Source: Blasia pusilla
Taxonomy: Eukaryota
DNA length: 64,000 nt
NCBI GenBank assembly: GCA_050084515.1
Contig: CM114271.1
Location: 10,168,001-10,232,000 of the forward strand
Direction: 5' to 3'
Part shown: piece after piece, positions 39,800 to 53,557 of the stretch
Numbering within the stretch: the first letter of the stretch is position 1
Layout: every line of letters starts with the position of its first letter
Position numbers and translations under genes: made by a program
Notes under the pieces: generated by a model
Databases searched by the model: none
Seen by the model: only the letters and a program-made list of their open reading frames with translations
What the model was told of the DNA's origin: nothing

Positions 39800-42700
39800 T
39801 GTCTCGAAATGTAGGAGTAACCAACGTACAAGGATGGCGCTCCCGAAATACCACGCCAAGAAAACCCCCGAGGTGAGCACTTATGCACCATATAGTGCAC
39901 TCTAGGTTCCGCAGAAGGTAGCCCACATTTGTGCAATCTGTAAAGATGGGGAAGACCTGGTTGTTTGCGACGGGCCTTGTGCCAGACACTTCCACGCAAC
40001 TACAGAATCAGCAGGGCTATAGAGAACTCTTGTCTAGGGTCAACCTTCCACCAAACCACGAGGGGAGTTGGTTGTGCCAGGATTGTGTGAAGAAAATGGC
40101 CAGGTGTGCCAAGTGTGGTCTAGAGGGGAGTTTTGCAGAGAGCGAGGATTATGGGGTTCGTGTGAGAAAGTGCCCAGATACCTTTTGTGTGAGGTTTTTT
40201 TGCAGCGCGGAGGCTTGTTCTAAGCAAGTACGTGCCCCACGACCTGCAAAGAGGGAGCCTCTCCATCTTGGAATGAAGCGAAGGAGCTCTCGATTGCTTG
40301 GAAAGGTATTGGGAGTGATGGAAGAATCTACTGATGACATTGATGCTCAGACTGGAGATGAAGAATCTCCCGCCTGTGATCCAGAGTTTGTTGTAGACTT
40401 TGGTGAAGAGGATCAATCAGGCTCACATGAGCTTCCAGCTCCTAAGAAGCCTTGTCCATCAACTATTGGGGGAAAGAAGAAGCAGGTAATTTTTCTGATC
40501 AATTAGACAAAATGTGTGTATACAATTGTGTTTCAAAGTTAGTGGCATTTGAAAGAAATTGTCTCTTATTGGTGGGTTGCATTGCATTGGCAGAAAGGGA
40601 CAGTTGGGGGGCAAGCTACTTGGGTAAGGGATGTTGCACCCGGGCGTGTACCTGAAAGTTGTATTCCTCTCAAACACCAAGTGGGTATACAATATAGTGG
40701 ATAGGGACAGGCAAGCATGTCTCAAGGTGGTAGAGGTGGACCCTATGCACAGAACTCCAAGCCAAGTTTGTTATACCATGGATTTAGTCCGACGGGGCAA
40801 GGGTGGAATAGTACGAATCTATCGATTTGCATCTCAAATTTCTCTTTCATTATACATCATAGGATGATAGTGGGAAGGTTGTGTGATGTGTCTGTACTAC
40901 ACTGACATATTTTTCATGTGTAGACTCTATGCAGGGTGGATTCTCCAACTACACCGAGGGACCCTATCATGCGGTGCCAAATAGTCAAGATCGGTTTGGA
41001 AGTAGCCAATACCTTTATGGACTCAATAATAGCACTCCAGAAATATATGGACAACCTCAATGGTTGGGGCTAGGACCCACTCAAGGAGTGCAAATGACAA
41101 AGGCTACAGGTAATAGCAAGTCACATATATATAGAGAAGTATCATCCCTATTTGGAGAATTTCTTCCTCGTGTTTTCACTAATTAGTAAGTGACTTGACA
41201 TCGATGCATAACTTCTGTTTGTAGGCATAAAGACTTCCTTAGTGGGCAACAGTCTTGACTGAAGATATTCATGTGTGCAGCAAACTATACGACTCTAGGC
41301 TTGCCGACGGGCAAGCATAGGGACAACATACACACCAAACTCAGTGACTGGGAGCAGTGTGCAAGGCGAGGGGGTGAAAGTCGGATAAGTGGGTGTCAAA
41401 AACTCTTGTTGGATCACCACAACTTCAGAAGGAAAGAATAGGTGGCATGCAAATTTTAGAGCGGAGGTGTTGCGATGGCTTGACATCTCCATTGTGAATT
41501 TTTCAGACCAACACTCAGGGAATTGGAATTCGGTGTTGAGTGATATATCTGCTAGATGGGAGTATGTTAGAAACAATGGTAATGGAGTGGTTGTTCCATG
41601 TTTGGAGGAATATGCACAAAAAATACTCAAGACGTAGAGATTTAGATTGCGTCACAGATGGAAAGAATCTAGATGAGGCAAGAAAGTGGCCCCACCACCT
41701 CATGTAGACCCCAACCAATGGGGGAGATTACTTACGCACTTCATGAGCCAGAGTGCAAAGACAAAGAGTGAGCAGATGTCCAAAGCACGAACAGCGGTGA
41801 CCAATCCAAACCCTGCAGGAAGAAAAGGGAATGCACCAATTGCAGAACGCCTAGTATGAATAATATTGAAGGACCCATCTTTAATATCTATTACCACCAT
41901 GCATATAGTTTGGCAATTGGTGTTTGGTAGACTGAACTTGGTCGATGTTACATGTGTTGTAGAGAAAAAAGAAGGGGCAAACCCCTACTAAGGTGCAGGT
42001 GCATGAGGAGGCAAAGAACCAATGGAGTTATGGTACAAGTACAGTATCAAAGCAGGTATGAGCATCTGGTTACTTTAGAGTAGAGGTGAATCTAGTGTAT
42101 TTCTAGCACATACCTGTTGATATAGATTGAGATCGAGGTCTTGTATTTCAAGCGCCGGGAACATCTGAGCTGACAGAGATCTCTGCCCAATTAAAGTCTA
42201 TGGAGGAGTTATTTCCTGAGTCTGTGACTTACATAATTGATCGCATGGAAGCATTCTCCACCAGCATGGACATGCTAGAGGCAAGCATAAAGACTGCTGT
42301 TGCTAATCAACAAGAGAACATCACAAAGTTGATGGAATTGATTTCCATGAGCTTGAGAAGGGACCATGAGGACATAAGGGGTTCTAAGGAGAGATCGGAA
42401 AATCCAAGAGTTGTATCCTCTCCTCATGGAGTAAGTGATCAAGACACTGCTCCTAGTGGAGCACTTGCCTCTATGCCGTTGAGTGTATCCTCTCCTCACC
42501 CAATCAGCGGACCACCTTCAAGGGAGGGTGCACCCTCTCCGGAGCTGGTCACTATTGTGCCTTCGCCTCCAGTTCTTCCACAGGTTTCCAAGGGTGTTCA
42601 TACAATAAGAAGACTAGATACAGATGTTGGCATTGCACCAACTGGTCCAAAGAAAAAGGGAGGCACAAGAGAGGTTAAAGCTAATGTGTTTGCGGATGAC

Positions 42701-43307
42701 CCTTTGAGTTGAGGTATGTAAGTTTAGAGTGATGTTGTGCATTTTACTTTGAAGTTGCTAAAAAGCATGATCTATTTGAAAGGGTAGTGAGACATTCTTG
42801 TTGATTGTGATTGTAGAGACCACATATGAGGCCCCGGCTGTTGTAGGAAAACGCCAAGTGAGGACATCGCGGAGATTCAATTTGGAGGCCACGGTATTTT
42901 CAGAGGAGAATGAGGATAGTGCAGGGATGTTGGGGAGTGGTGGACCCACGGAGTTGGATCTTCTGCAAAAGCCAATGGTGGTGAGAAGAGCAATACTCAG
43001 GAAGAGGACCCGAGAGGCTACCAAGCCGTTGTTGAAATTTGTTGTGCCTCCGTTGCAACAGTTGGTATCACGTGAGAACCCCTCTGTGGTTGTAGGTTAT
43101 GGCAGCTTGCATGATGGTTGTTCTACTTTCCATGGACGTGACATTCCTGTAAGGCATTCTGTTCTCCATTTGAGAGAGGTCTACAAGAAAAAATATGTAT
43201 TACCATTTCCAAATATGGCTGACGATCCACTGCAAATTTCTGCTGGAGATGCCATAGATTGTGTAGTGTTATGGCCCTCTCATCTTGTTATGCTTTCTCA
43301 AAAATAG
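39800..43307 (+). pseudogene. CACTA accessory (TnpA-like) multi-exon gene with N-terminal EDM2/NSD-type PHD fingers
   Basis: PHD: CAICKDGEDLVVCDGPCARHFHAT (39930+), then WLCQDC..RCAKC..KCPDTFCVRFFC. Ptta/En/Spm-like: PPPHVDPNQWGRLLTHF..KSEQMSKAR..GRKG (~41690-41850). Tnp1-like: FHGRDIP..LPFPN..GDAI..VVLWP (~43090-43290). Exon structure not resolved. Confidence 0.75.
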
Positions 43308-44488
43308 GGGCACCTTCGCTTTGTGTGTAGAATTTTTGAGTAAACCTTCCCTTTGACATCCCTCTCGAGTGTGGAGATCTCCATATACTTGTAACTATTG
43401 TACTCATAAGTAGAGGAATTTGATGTTTATGTTTCAGTTTTGAGTATGACAATACAGATGTACTTGGATTTTCATGTCTCAATTTTGAGAAAATCATAGG
43501 GAGGAGTTTGTAATGAGAGGTAGATATTGTGTTCTTCCATTCATGACCACCTTTCACTATAATTCACTAGGCATTCTTCTGACGTAAGAAAATATTCCAT
43601 TTCAGGGTGTATGGATACATTTTGTAGCTTTGGACTAATGGCCACAATTGGATGTAAGAAACATTTGCTAGTTGTATCTTTCAATAGATAAGGATTTTTT
43701 ACTATGAAAATGTGATATGATCAGATTTTACAAAATGGATGGGTTGGTACATGAGTAATGTGCTTGTATGCTTTCACACGATGCTGGTAGCATTAGGACT
43801 GTATAACAGATACATATTGCATCTCCATTGCATGGATGTAAGTGAAGTAGTGATAGGTGTAGGGAGGATAGATAGGAAGGAGTAATTCATATTCATGGAT
43901 ACAAAATGGACTAAAATGCCAATTTCATGTACACATTTCTATCAACAATAAAGCAATCTGTAATACATAATGCCTGGTATAGTTATTTGGATGTTGTCAG
44001 TTAATAGGATTGTAAATGACATGGACAAGTCATTTTAATGACTTAGTCATTCTCTTATAACGCATGAAGTCATTATTTATTACTCTGAGTAGTCACAGTT
44101 AGTGACTCGCCTAGTCATTATTAATGACTCGTCTAGTCATTCTTAATGAAGCGTCTAGTCAATCCTTATGACTCCTCCAATCATTCTTTATTACTCATCT
44201 GATCATTCTTTATGACTAGACAAGTCATTCTTTATGACTCGTACAGTCATTTCTTATGACTTAACATAGTCACACAAAATGACTAGGTGAAGTCATATTT
44301 AGTGACTATGTTGAGTAACAAAAAAGAGACTCAGATATGAGTACCTTCAGTTTTAGTAACAACTTATATGACTAGGAGTAATTTTTATGACTAGAGTTTG
44401 GTTAAGTAATTACTTAGTCACACAGGCCCGATTTGAGTAACATCTAGTCATTTTTCTAAGCCATCCAGAGGGGGTTTTTGTACTAGTG

Positions 44489-47400
44489 CCTGCCATCCAT
44501 CGGTCTCCTTCGGTGGGTCACTCTCAACTCCACCTCTCGATGGCTCAGTGCCTCTCGCAGCACCCCGAGTCACCACTGCAGCAGCCTCAACCTGAGCTGC
44601 ACTACACATAAACCCTATAATTGCAATATCCTCATCTGGGTCTGGGTAAGAGGTAGAAGCTGGAGCCACATTAGCTGCTCGTGGCTTTGTGCCTTCCCTG
44701 AGCTACATCATCGTCATAGGAGCAATCCTTTGCTCCAATTGATCGTTGCGTGAGAGAAGTGCTGGCTCTGGTGCTCCTTCTCCATCTCCTCTGCCTGGTG
44801 GTGGTCCTCTACTACCACGTCCAGGAATAACTCCCCGACCTCCTCCAAGCCGACCGCCTCCAGGCCGACCGCCCCCAGGCCCTCGGCCTACCTCTGGACG
44901 TGCCTCTCGACGAAGGTCAAAACATCTATCCCTAGTGTGACCATATCGCTGACAATAGTCATATTGGTACTGTGGTGGGGCCATCCTCTATGGCTCCTAA
45001 GCAATCAGAGGCGCTCGTGGTCCTCTCCCATATTGTGTGCAGTCTCTCTGCCTCCGGGCCCCTCCACACGTCCAACAAGACAACATCGTTCCCTGTTGGG
45101 CAACATATGTAGGTACGGGTTGTTGCCTCATAGGCTCACGGTTCCCGCCTTGCTCTTTGGGCACAGTGGCCCACTCCCATGATATTGGTGCTCACTATGG
45201 CACCTGCGGGTTCACCGTCGCTCCTGGACCCGTCGACTCTCGAGAAAATCCAGCGGTCACTAGCTGCTTCTTACTCATGTTGAGCTCAATACGCTCAGAC
45301 AACTCGAAGACCACCTTCAATATGGGCTTTGCTGTGTGAATCAGCACCACATCTCGGACTCTCCTCCGTAGTTCTCAGTCCGGAACCCCATACCAATACT
45401 CGACTGACTGCGCCTCAATCACTCCATATGTAGCAATGATCAGCCTCCGCATGCGGGTGAATGCCTCTCTCAAACTCTCACTATATCGTCGTTGAAAATC
45501 GTGTAGACTCTTCAGCTTGTCGGTGCGAACGCCCTGGTAGCTCTTCCTCAACCGTAGGAAGAACTCCATTGTGGGACTGAAGCTGGTTCGACCTCTACCA
45601 CCAAAGGTCTCTGCCACATTGCATGTCTCACTGCCCTCCTCTCCATCTAATCTTTGGGCCGATGGTGTGGGTCTTTCTCCTCTCACGATCCCATCATATG
45701 CCTCACAACCACTATTGGACACATACCCTGGAGCCCAATACATCCTCCAGGCATCGATTTCCAGTGAATATAGTGATCAAAACACCATGTAATCATCCAT
45801 CGGAGGATCCTCCAAGTGCTGGAAGAACCCCTTTCATGCCATGAAAGGGTTGAACGGTGTTGGGGTTTGTATCTCTTGGAAGTCGCACCACGTGTCAAAC
45901 TCATGGATAAAATCATCTAAGTTGATGGTGCCCACTGCACTCAAGAAACAACGTATGCCCCGATGGCCCATGTCGTCCATCTCATGCCAAGTGATATTGC
46001 CTCCGTCTGCAATCTCATCATCAGATCTAGTGTCTAGTGATGATCATCCAACCATGGATGGATGTCGAGGTAGCTCCTCACTCGTAACTCCTCGTTATCT
46101 CACTCCACTCCATGTCACGCCACTACTACTGCTCATACTATCCAGTTCTTCTGAACCGTGGAAGAACGCCGTGATGACAACCCTGTCTCACCCGCTCAAG
46201 CACTCAGACTCACCAAAAGTCTCCCATACTCCTCACTAGCTCACTGACGCTAATGGTAATCCTCTGACGACACACCCGGCCTCACGCACACTCAACACTC
46301 GGGCTCACCATGAGCCTCCCAACTAACTCACCTAAACCACTCACACTCTTGAGTCATACACGTGACCCATACACGGAAACCGTCGTATATCCACAAACAT
46401 GCTACACATGCATGGAGACTACACTCGTCACCATCGCTACACCCATCTAGCCCTAGCAACTACTCGACACCCAGCACTCTCAATCGCATAAGATAAGTAT
46501 GGGAAAAGGGACTCGAATGGGTGACCTGATTATGCCCTCCAACCTACGGCACCTTCAACATCCACCCCTCCATGTGATTTGATAACCTGCGTAGCACAAT
46601 ACTCTCCTCGACCACCACGTCAAACCTCCCATCAGCATCAACGTGTATGCCTCCATCAGAATCCTCACAAACCCCAGCCACGCCCAAAAAAGATCACGTC
46701 CTGAAAAAATCTCTCCGCCCATCCAAACTCAACCATGCCCATCTATCACGTCGACTCAGTCAACCACGTTCATCCCTCCCAATTACATGTTCCAACCAAC
46801 CACATCCGCCCTGTTTGCCTACGTCAATCATATCCGTCGTGCCAACCACATCGGGAAGGGGCCGACCACGGCACTCCAAACCACGTTACTGCGAGCATGT
46901 ACTACGTAGGAGAGGGGATGTGATACCCAAAATTTTGTAATTTTGGAGATTTATACATTTTGAATCAAGGAATGAAGACTCTATGAAGTAAAGCTTGTAT
47001 ATACAAGACTGTCTTGGATATTATTTTTACGTATTGGAAGAATGAGTAGTATTGGAGTGGATCACGATGCTTCTAGGACAAGGTAGAGAGGTGGAAAATC
47101 AAGGACTTGCCCTGGAGGAGAGGGAAATGAGGTCACAAAGTCTAAAGACTAAGAGCAAAGCTTGGCAAAGACAACGAAGCATGATGAAGAAGAAGAGGAA
47201 GAAGTACTTCGCTCTTCAACGAAGCACGAAGAACAAAGCACAAAGCACGATGAACAAGCGCAAAGAATGCAGCGCTTTGTCCTCAGACAAAGAGGAAGAG
47301 CTTTGTCCTCAAAGGAGGAAGAAGAGGTTCAGACTTCGCAGCGAAGCTAAGACTGGTTGTGATTTCAAGCGGCACACCGTTAGAATAGTTAGGCTAGGAA

Positions 47401-49140
47401 GAGACGTGATTTTTTGGACCAGATAGGAAGTTAGGAAAGTTACAACCAGCGGATTCATAAGGATCCTAGGAAAAGATAAGAGAACCGTAGATCAAAGTAG
47501 TTACAAAATCCCAATAGGTACTAGATTCACAAGAGACGCTTCAAATCTTTAGGACTACTACTGTCTCAGAGGATATTTAAGAAGCATGAAAGTAGCTTTC
47601 AACATCATTCTCTCACGAAGTCCTTTTGCATTAGGAATGGTCCGAGCAAGGGAGTAGTACCCTCTCGTGCTTGTATACAGTTTGAAGCTTTCTCATTCTT
47701 GATGGAATAGTAAAGGATTATCTTTCTTCATTTTGATGTGCGGCGTGTATTCGTGAATCATCTTATTGGGTCTGTAGAGTGAGAAAGAGATCAGGAGAAC
47801 ACTATCACCACTAGAATAATCAACAGCAAGTTGCAAGAAATTCGTTCGACACAGAGTAGCCTGCCTAGACGGATTGAGTTCCGAAAGTAGGAGAAGCCAT
47901 CTTCTTGTTGAGATCTTTGTGAGGTTCTTTGGTGTTGAGTAAAGATATGCCTGAGCATGAATTCAATTCCACTGGAGAGAAAAGAGGAAAGGAGAATCTT
48001 GGTACTTATAAGAAGGAGAATAAGCGAATGAATGCTTGAATCTGTTTTGTATCAACATAATTATCAAACTCACATAAACGACTCACTTCAACTTTCTTTT
48101 CAGACAATCGTGATTCTCTAGGGGATCGAACTCCATAAATCACCTTAAAAAGATCAATTCTTATACTTCTACTACATTACAGGGGGGGATGGGGAACTAA
48201 ATGGGAGGGGAAGAGAAGAGTCGTGGCCAAGGGCCGTGGCTCCGCGCCCTCGGCTCCATCTGCCTCCGCGCCGTCTTGCCTACCGTCCCGACTCCGGCTC
48301 GCAGTCACCTGCGACCTAGCCGTGCCTAGCCCTAGGGGCCCTTGCAACCCTAGCCCCCTAGCGGTTGCAAGACCTGAAAGGCTGAACTTCTCTCTCTTTC
48401 CCGACACGCGCCACTCACCCATCAACACTACACTCGACGCTACTCCCAAGCGCCCTTTTCGCTACACCGCTACTGCCATACACAGGTCCGCTACTAGAAA
48501 AAATCAGGGAAAAATGAGCAGCGCTTCTGTGCATGACCTCCTAAACTGAAAAACGACAATTCAAACGCCAACCAACGTCTCTAGGGGCTCCCCACCGAAG
48601 CAACTCGCTTGTCTATCTACAAACAACAAATTCCTACCAGCCCCCTCACATATCTCTCATGTAAAAATAAAGAGTAGTAAAAACGGCACACCTAGCCTAA
48701 AACTCCACTCCTCAATCTACATCCGCACGTCGAGCCTCGTCCACTCTGCGCTATCAAGGAATCCGAACGCTAGCACCCTAGTCCTATCTCACACACATAC
48801 AAGAGAGGTGCTCCAACGGCCAACATGAGAAAGATGGCTTGGGAAAGCCATCTTCCTCCCTTATATAGGGTTGGGAAGAGCCAAAAGGCTCTTCCCCCAA
48901 AAATAGCTATCCTCTTGGTAACTTGCACGCATAGGTTACCAGGGGCGGGTGACCTGCTCAACAAGTCACCGGTTGTGAAAGACCTCAATAGGAAAGTTGT
49001 CATAAATGACATTCCTGACACAACAGACCTATCCTTAACCTCATCTAACACCGCAGAACAAAGTTACACGCAAGACAGTCCGCTGGCTCCTATGCCCTAT
49101 CCACGATAGATCTCGGCCTATCGGCTATTGAGATGTGACA
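44489..49140 (-). mobile_element. Upstream part (LTR/UTR and gag) of the DNMT-carrying gypsy-like element
   Basis: Gag: GTINLDDFIHEFDTWCD, FQRR..ESLREAFTRMRRLI, zinc-knuckle remnants (YCQRYGHTRDRC). Homologous to 56215-57912. Putative LTR start TGTCACA at 49140; LTR extent unresolved. Confidence 0.75.
46919..48181 (+). mobile_element. Solo LTR (~1.26 kb)
   Basis: Termini TGTGAT...ATTACA. Flanks GGGGA / GGGGG (TSD with one mismatch). Homologous to 8166-9123. Confidence 0.8.
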
Positions 49141-49164
49141 AAAAGCTTGTTGTTGTACACACAT

Positions 49165-49760
49165 GTTCACTTCCAAAATTTTAACTCTCATATTTGTTGT
49201 AAGCTTCATTATCCTCACATGAGACTATAAATTTGACCTCTTTAATATAGCTTGAATAATTTCTGGATGGTCTCCATGACAAACAATAAACAAGACTTGG
49301 CAAAAATCCCTACCAAAAACTATTAATTTTCCACCAAATGGAACATTCTTCAAGTCTTCGAATACCACACCCATGATATCTTGAAAGGATTGATTTACTA
49401 CCTCAAATGCATGGCGATGAGTCATAGATGCCTCATCCCATATGATAATCCAAGCCCTTTGAATCAAGCATGTAGCTTCGCTACTAACACGTACACTACA
49501 AAAAATATACTGAAAGTTATTAATATTTTTGGCAAGACTTCTCTTGACCACGTTAAAAGAGTTACAAAGTCATGAAATGGAGAGATAATTTCTAGTAGAA
49601 TTTTCATCTACGTTGATGGGAATCTTGAAACGTGAATGCGCAGTGCATCCTCCATCTAATGATAAACTCGACACCAATGATGATGTTGAGTTTATAATGA
49701 ATAGCATCCCAAATCAACCGTTTTCCATCATTCAAAGTTTCCTGTGCTAGCCTAGCTTGT
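49165..49760 (-). pseudogene. Helitron PIF1-type helicase fragment
   Basis: GGCTAHSRFKIPI, IIIWDEASMTHRHAFE, PFGGKLIVFGRDFCQVL, KLTTNMR. Confidence 0.88.
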
Positions 49761-49812
49761 TCATGTAAGTCATCTTAATGCAATGTTAATAATTAAATAA
49801 TATGGAACAAGA

Positions 49813-52560
49813 TGTCATGGTAGATGAGGCGTAGGGCGAGATAGTATCGAGGCGTTGGAGGGGTCTTGTACTTCCCTTTTTTGAGAGGTCGTATGTGACC
49901 TACTCTTAGGAGGTGACCTCCAAGTGTAGGTCACCCTTCCCTTTATGAGGAGTGGCAACCTTGGAGAGGTTGACCTTCCCAGACATATATTGCTCCACTT
50001 GGACCTATAGGGTTGCGGGTAAGTTGGTAGTTGGTCTCATGAGGGGACCACATGTGTAGTTGTTAGGGAATTAGAATGTGTGTACTACAGTTTGGTAGTG
50101 ACCTGCTAGGAGGGAGGTGACCTATGTGTACATGTGACCCATGGAGGTGCCCAGGGGGGTATACCTTGGATGAAGCTCATTTGGAGCTCATCTCCGTAGG
50201 ATTGCAGACCCGCGTTGGGATCCGAGATACGATGCAGCTTGCATGTATCGAGCCCGGATTCTATCTTGAAGAGTGGGCTAGGAGTGATCAATAAGGAGAT
50301 AACACACATTTTGGGAGTCCTTGTGTACACTTTCTCTTAATCTTACAATAGTGTGTATATGATTCACGTATATGGGTGTTTGGATGAAGCACGGTTGATT
50401 GCATATTTCATCAGAGTTTACAATGCATATTCAACTTGATATCTTAAGGAGATGCACACTGGTACTCAATAGAAGAGAACGTGGGACTCAATTTGTGGTG
50501 TAGAGCACAATTGAGGTGTTGTGGGGTTTGTAAGAATTGCAAGCTAGTTTATCCTGACTATGTGGAAAGACATGGGGCAGAAGAATTGTTGAAATCAAAG
50601 CGAGATGTTCAGAGTTGAGAAATCTGTGCAATGCGACGATGTGATAGGATTTGAAGAGGGGAGGCTTCTCAATCCTAGTGGAGTGGCTCAAGTGTGCAGC
50701 AATTAAGGATCAGATTCTAGGGACGGAGTTCTTGAGACAATTATGGTGAGGAAATCAATGTCAATTGTGACCTGATTGAGTGGGAAAGTCAGCAATTGCG
50801 TGGGCACTTCGTTACTGATTTTGAGTGAGGTGTGCTTGATTCTGGACCAAATCGAATGAATGTTGGGCAAGAGGAAAATAAAGTAAGAAGAAAAATTAAG
50901 GAGGGAAAAATGGTGTTCAATTGTGCAAGATTTTGTGAGAGCTGCATTTGCAATTGGAAAGATCATGAAAATATGAGTCCAACGGTGAAAACAAGACCAG
51001 AAACGAAGCTCATTTGAGAAAGATTCCAAAAAGATTCCCCACAATCGCATAGATTTCCTAAGATGAGCGGATCATCGGTGTGGAAAGGGTGGGAGAGCAA
51101 CGTTGGAGCTGTTGTGCGAGGCATCAAAACTTAAGTTCTGATAGCCCTTATGTGGTAAAAGTGAGGAGAGAAGCTTCTCATTCTATAGGAATTCAAGTTC
51201 CGATACTCCTTGTTGATGAACGTGGTTCAGGCAAGGAAGAGGTTATGTGGTACAACCTCCCCTTAGTTAGAGGTTGGAAAGGTTTGGGTGCCGCTAGTGT
51301 CGAGGAACTAGCGTGACTAATTTGGAGCCGTTACTGGAGTGTAGCTAGGACTGCTATCCACAGAGTTGGTGGAGTTGAGGGAGGCATGAGAACTTAAGTT
51401 TTGATTTAGGAGATCCCTCCCAAGAGGCAGTTCAGAGCAGAGCGGCGAAGTGGGAATCAAAATTGAAGTTCTAATTCAGTAGCAAAGGCCGAGTCAACTG
51501 AAGGGCATGGCACCGCACGCCGCGGCAAGTGTGACAAGGAGCTGCAAAAGGGATTTGGAACTCAAGTTTGAATTCAAGTACAGTTGGACCAAGGTTTGGT
51601 TCAATTGCATGGTGGTCATCTTGACGGTGTAACAGATATTGGCGCGACAGGAGTGACAAGGGAGCAAGGAGGATTTGGAACTCAAGTTCCAATTTTGTCT
51701 CAATTGGAGAAGAGTGGAGCGTCTCAACTGCACTTGACTACTACGGTGTGACATAATGCGATGGCGTAGGGAAGTGAAGTGAGGAGGCAATTGGAACTTC
51801 AGTTCAAATTCTGCTTCAGTTGTGGGTCTTCTCTACAAGGAGGTGGAGAGAATAGGAAGGAGGCAATCGAAACTCTAGTTCCCATTCCGCTCCTTAGTTG
51901 TACTAGGTTCTCTCTACATGGAGGTGGAGAGGATAGTAAAGGCAATCGGAACTCAGGTTCTGATCCCTTTGGCGCGGACACAAGTAGTGAGGTCGGCGAT
52001 ACTCCCAATTTCAGCATGGCGTTTAGAGGAAGGAGCGAAGAATCAGAACTCAAGTTCCCATTCTACGGATTCTCAATTTGGACGCGGCTCTTCTTCAAGC
52101 GCGCCGAGAGATAGGAGGAAGAATTGGAACTTTAGTTCCTATTCTACAGCCTGTTCAAGTGGGTGCGGCTCTTTCTATCAGGTGCAGTGCGACGCGGTGT
52201 GTGAAGCAGAGAGGGAGGAGTGAGCAATTGGAACTTCAATTCCAATTCCGTCATTCTTCTCTAAAGTCAGGAAGGAAGGAGTGAGCCAAGAGCATTTGGA
52301 ACTGAAGTTCCAATTCGACACTCTTTCAAGTAAAGGAAATTTTGTGACGTCCAAGTTTTTGGGGAGTTGCAAGGCGGTGCAGTAGTCTCTTTTGGTGCGG
52401 GCAAGAATCGAAACACAAGTTCCAATTCACACCTTGGTCTCCTACGAGTCCGACGTTTGTGGCGCGGCGCAGAACTCAAGTTCACATTCACATGTGAGTT
52501 TGGCGCAGCGAAGCGTGGCGGAGAAGTGAGCGGAAGGTGAAGGGGGTGAATCACAGGTAT
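49813..52560 (+). repeat. Long LTR-like direct repeat, copy 1
   Basis: Starts TGTCATGGTAGATGAGGCGTAGGGCGAGATAGTATCGAGG and is colinear with 53558-55965 for more than 2 kb. Confidence 0.8.
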
Positions 52561-52575
52561 TCTCGGCGTTTAGGG

Positions 52576-53189
52576 TGTAAAGAGGAGAGGAGAGTCTATC
52601 TTAAAAAAAAGGCACAAAAGGGAAAAAAAACTGAAACTCTCTTCAAAAAATATGAAGATTATGGATACTAAGTGAGTAATATTTTTGGAGATTTCTTTTG
52701 AAGAGAGGAAACTTAGTGCAACACGTCAGAATCCGACGGGTGGCAAATTTTTGGTTTTTTCTTTGTGGATTAGGGGAAAATTTTAATTTTTGGTGATTTT
52801 TTAACGTTTGCAACATGTTGGATTGTGACGGGTTACTTTTTAGGCATCATGGCAACCCGTTGGACTCCAACGGGTTGCAAACGTTAAAAAAACCCAAAAA
52901 AATGGAAATTTTTCCCTAACCCAAGGAAAAAAAAACCCAAAAATTTGCAACCCGTCGGATTCCAACGAGTTGAAAAGGTCAAAACAAAAACCTTTTTTTT
53001 TCATTGCCAATTTTTCATGGAAAAAATTTTCTTTTTCAACTTGTCAAAACTTTCCTCTTTCCAACATGTCAGAAACTCTCTTCAACCTATGGGAAGCTCT
53101 CTTCAAACCAAGAGAGCCTTAGGGGTTGCCAATATCTTCCTCTCTCCTCTCTCCTCTCTTCCTCGCTCCTCTCTTCCACTCCTCTTACC
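52576..53189. mobile_element. Short non-autonomous derivative (MITE) of the palindrome-bearing MULE family
   Basis: Left end GTAAAGAGGAGAGGAGAG; right end CTCTCCTCTC..CTCCTCTTACC, as at 28690-28747. Four degenerate CAACCCGTCGG..CCGACGGGTTG copies. Internal inverted repeat ~52742-52813 / 52873-52948. Confidence 0.7.
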
Positions 53190-53557
53190 ACTCCTCATGA
53201 GATAAGTGGGGGCGTGTCCACAGTTTTGGCATTGTCTAGTGTGGTAACCCACTCTTTTGAGCATTTTGTAGTTGGGATGTTTTTTGTACAGAAATAGGTA
53301 AAAGTCTTCATGAAGGAAGATTGAAGATTCGTAGAAGATTGTAAATATGAATAGAGGAAGAGAAATAGTTGGAATAGTACTTGACAAGGCTGGTCAGTGA
53401 AACTCCATTGAGAAGACAAGGAGATTGGAAGAGCAGGTAATTATCTTGGAGGAGTGGGAACTGTAGTAAGCGGAGGAAAGGAGAAGAGACAAGGAAGAAG
53501 TAGGAGAGGCGCGGGTATTTCTCGGCGAAGACTGCAGTGTGGAAAGATGGTAAAGAT

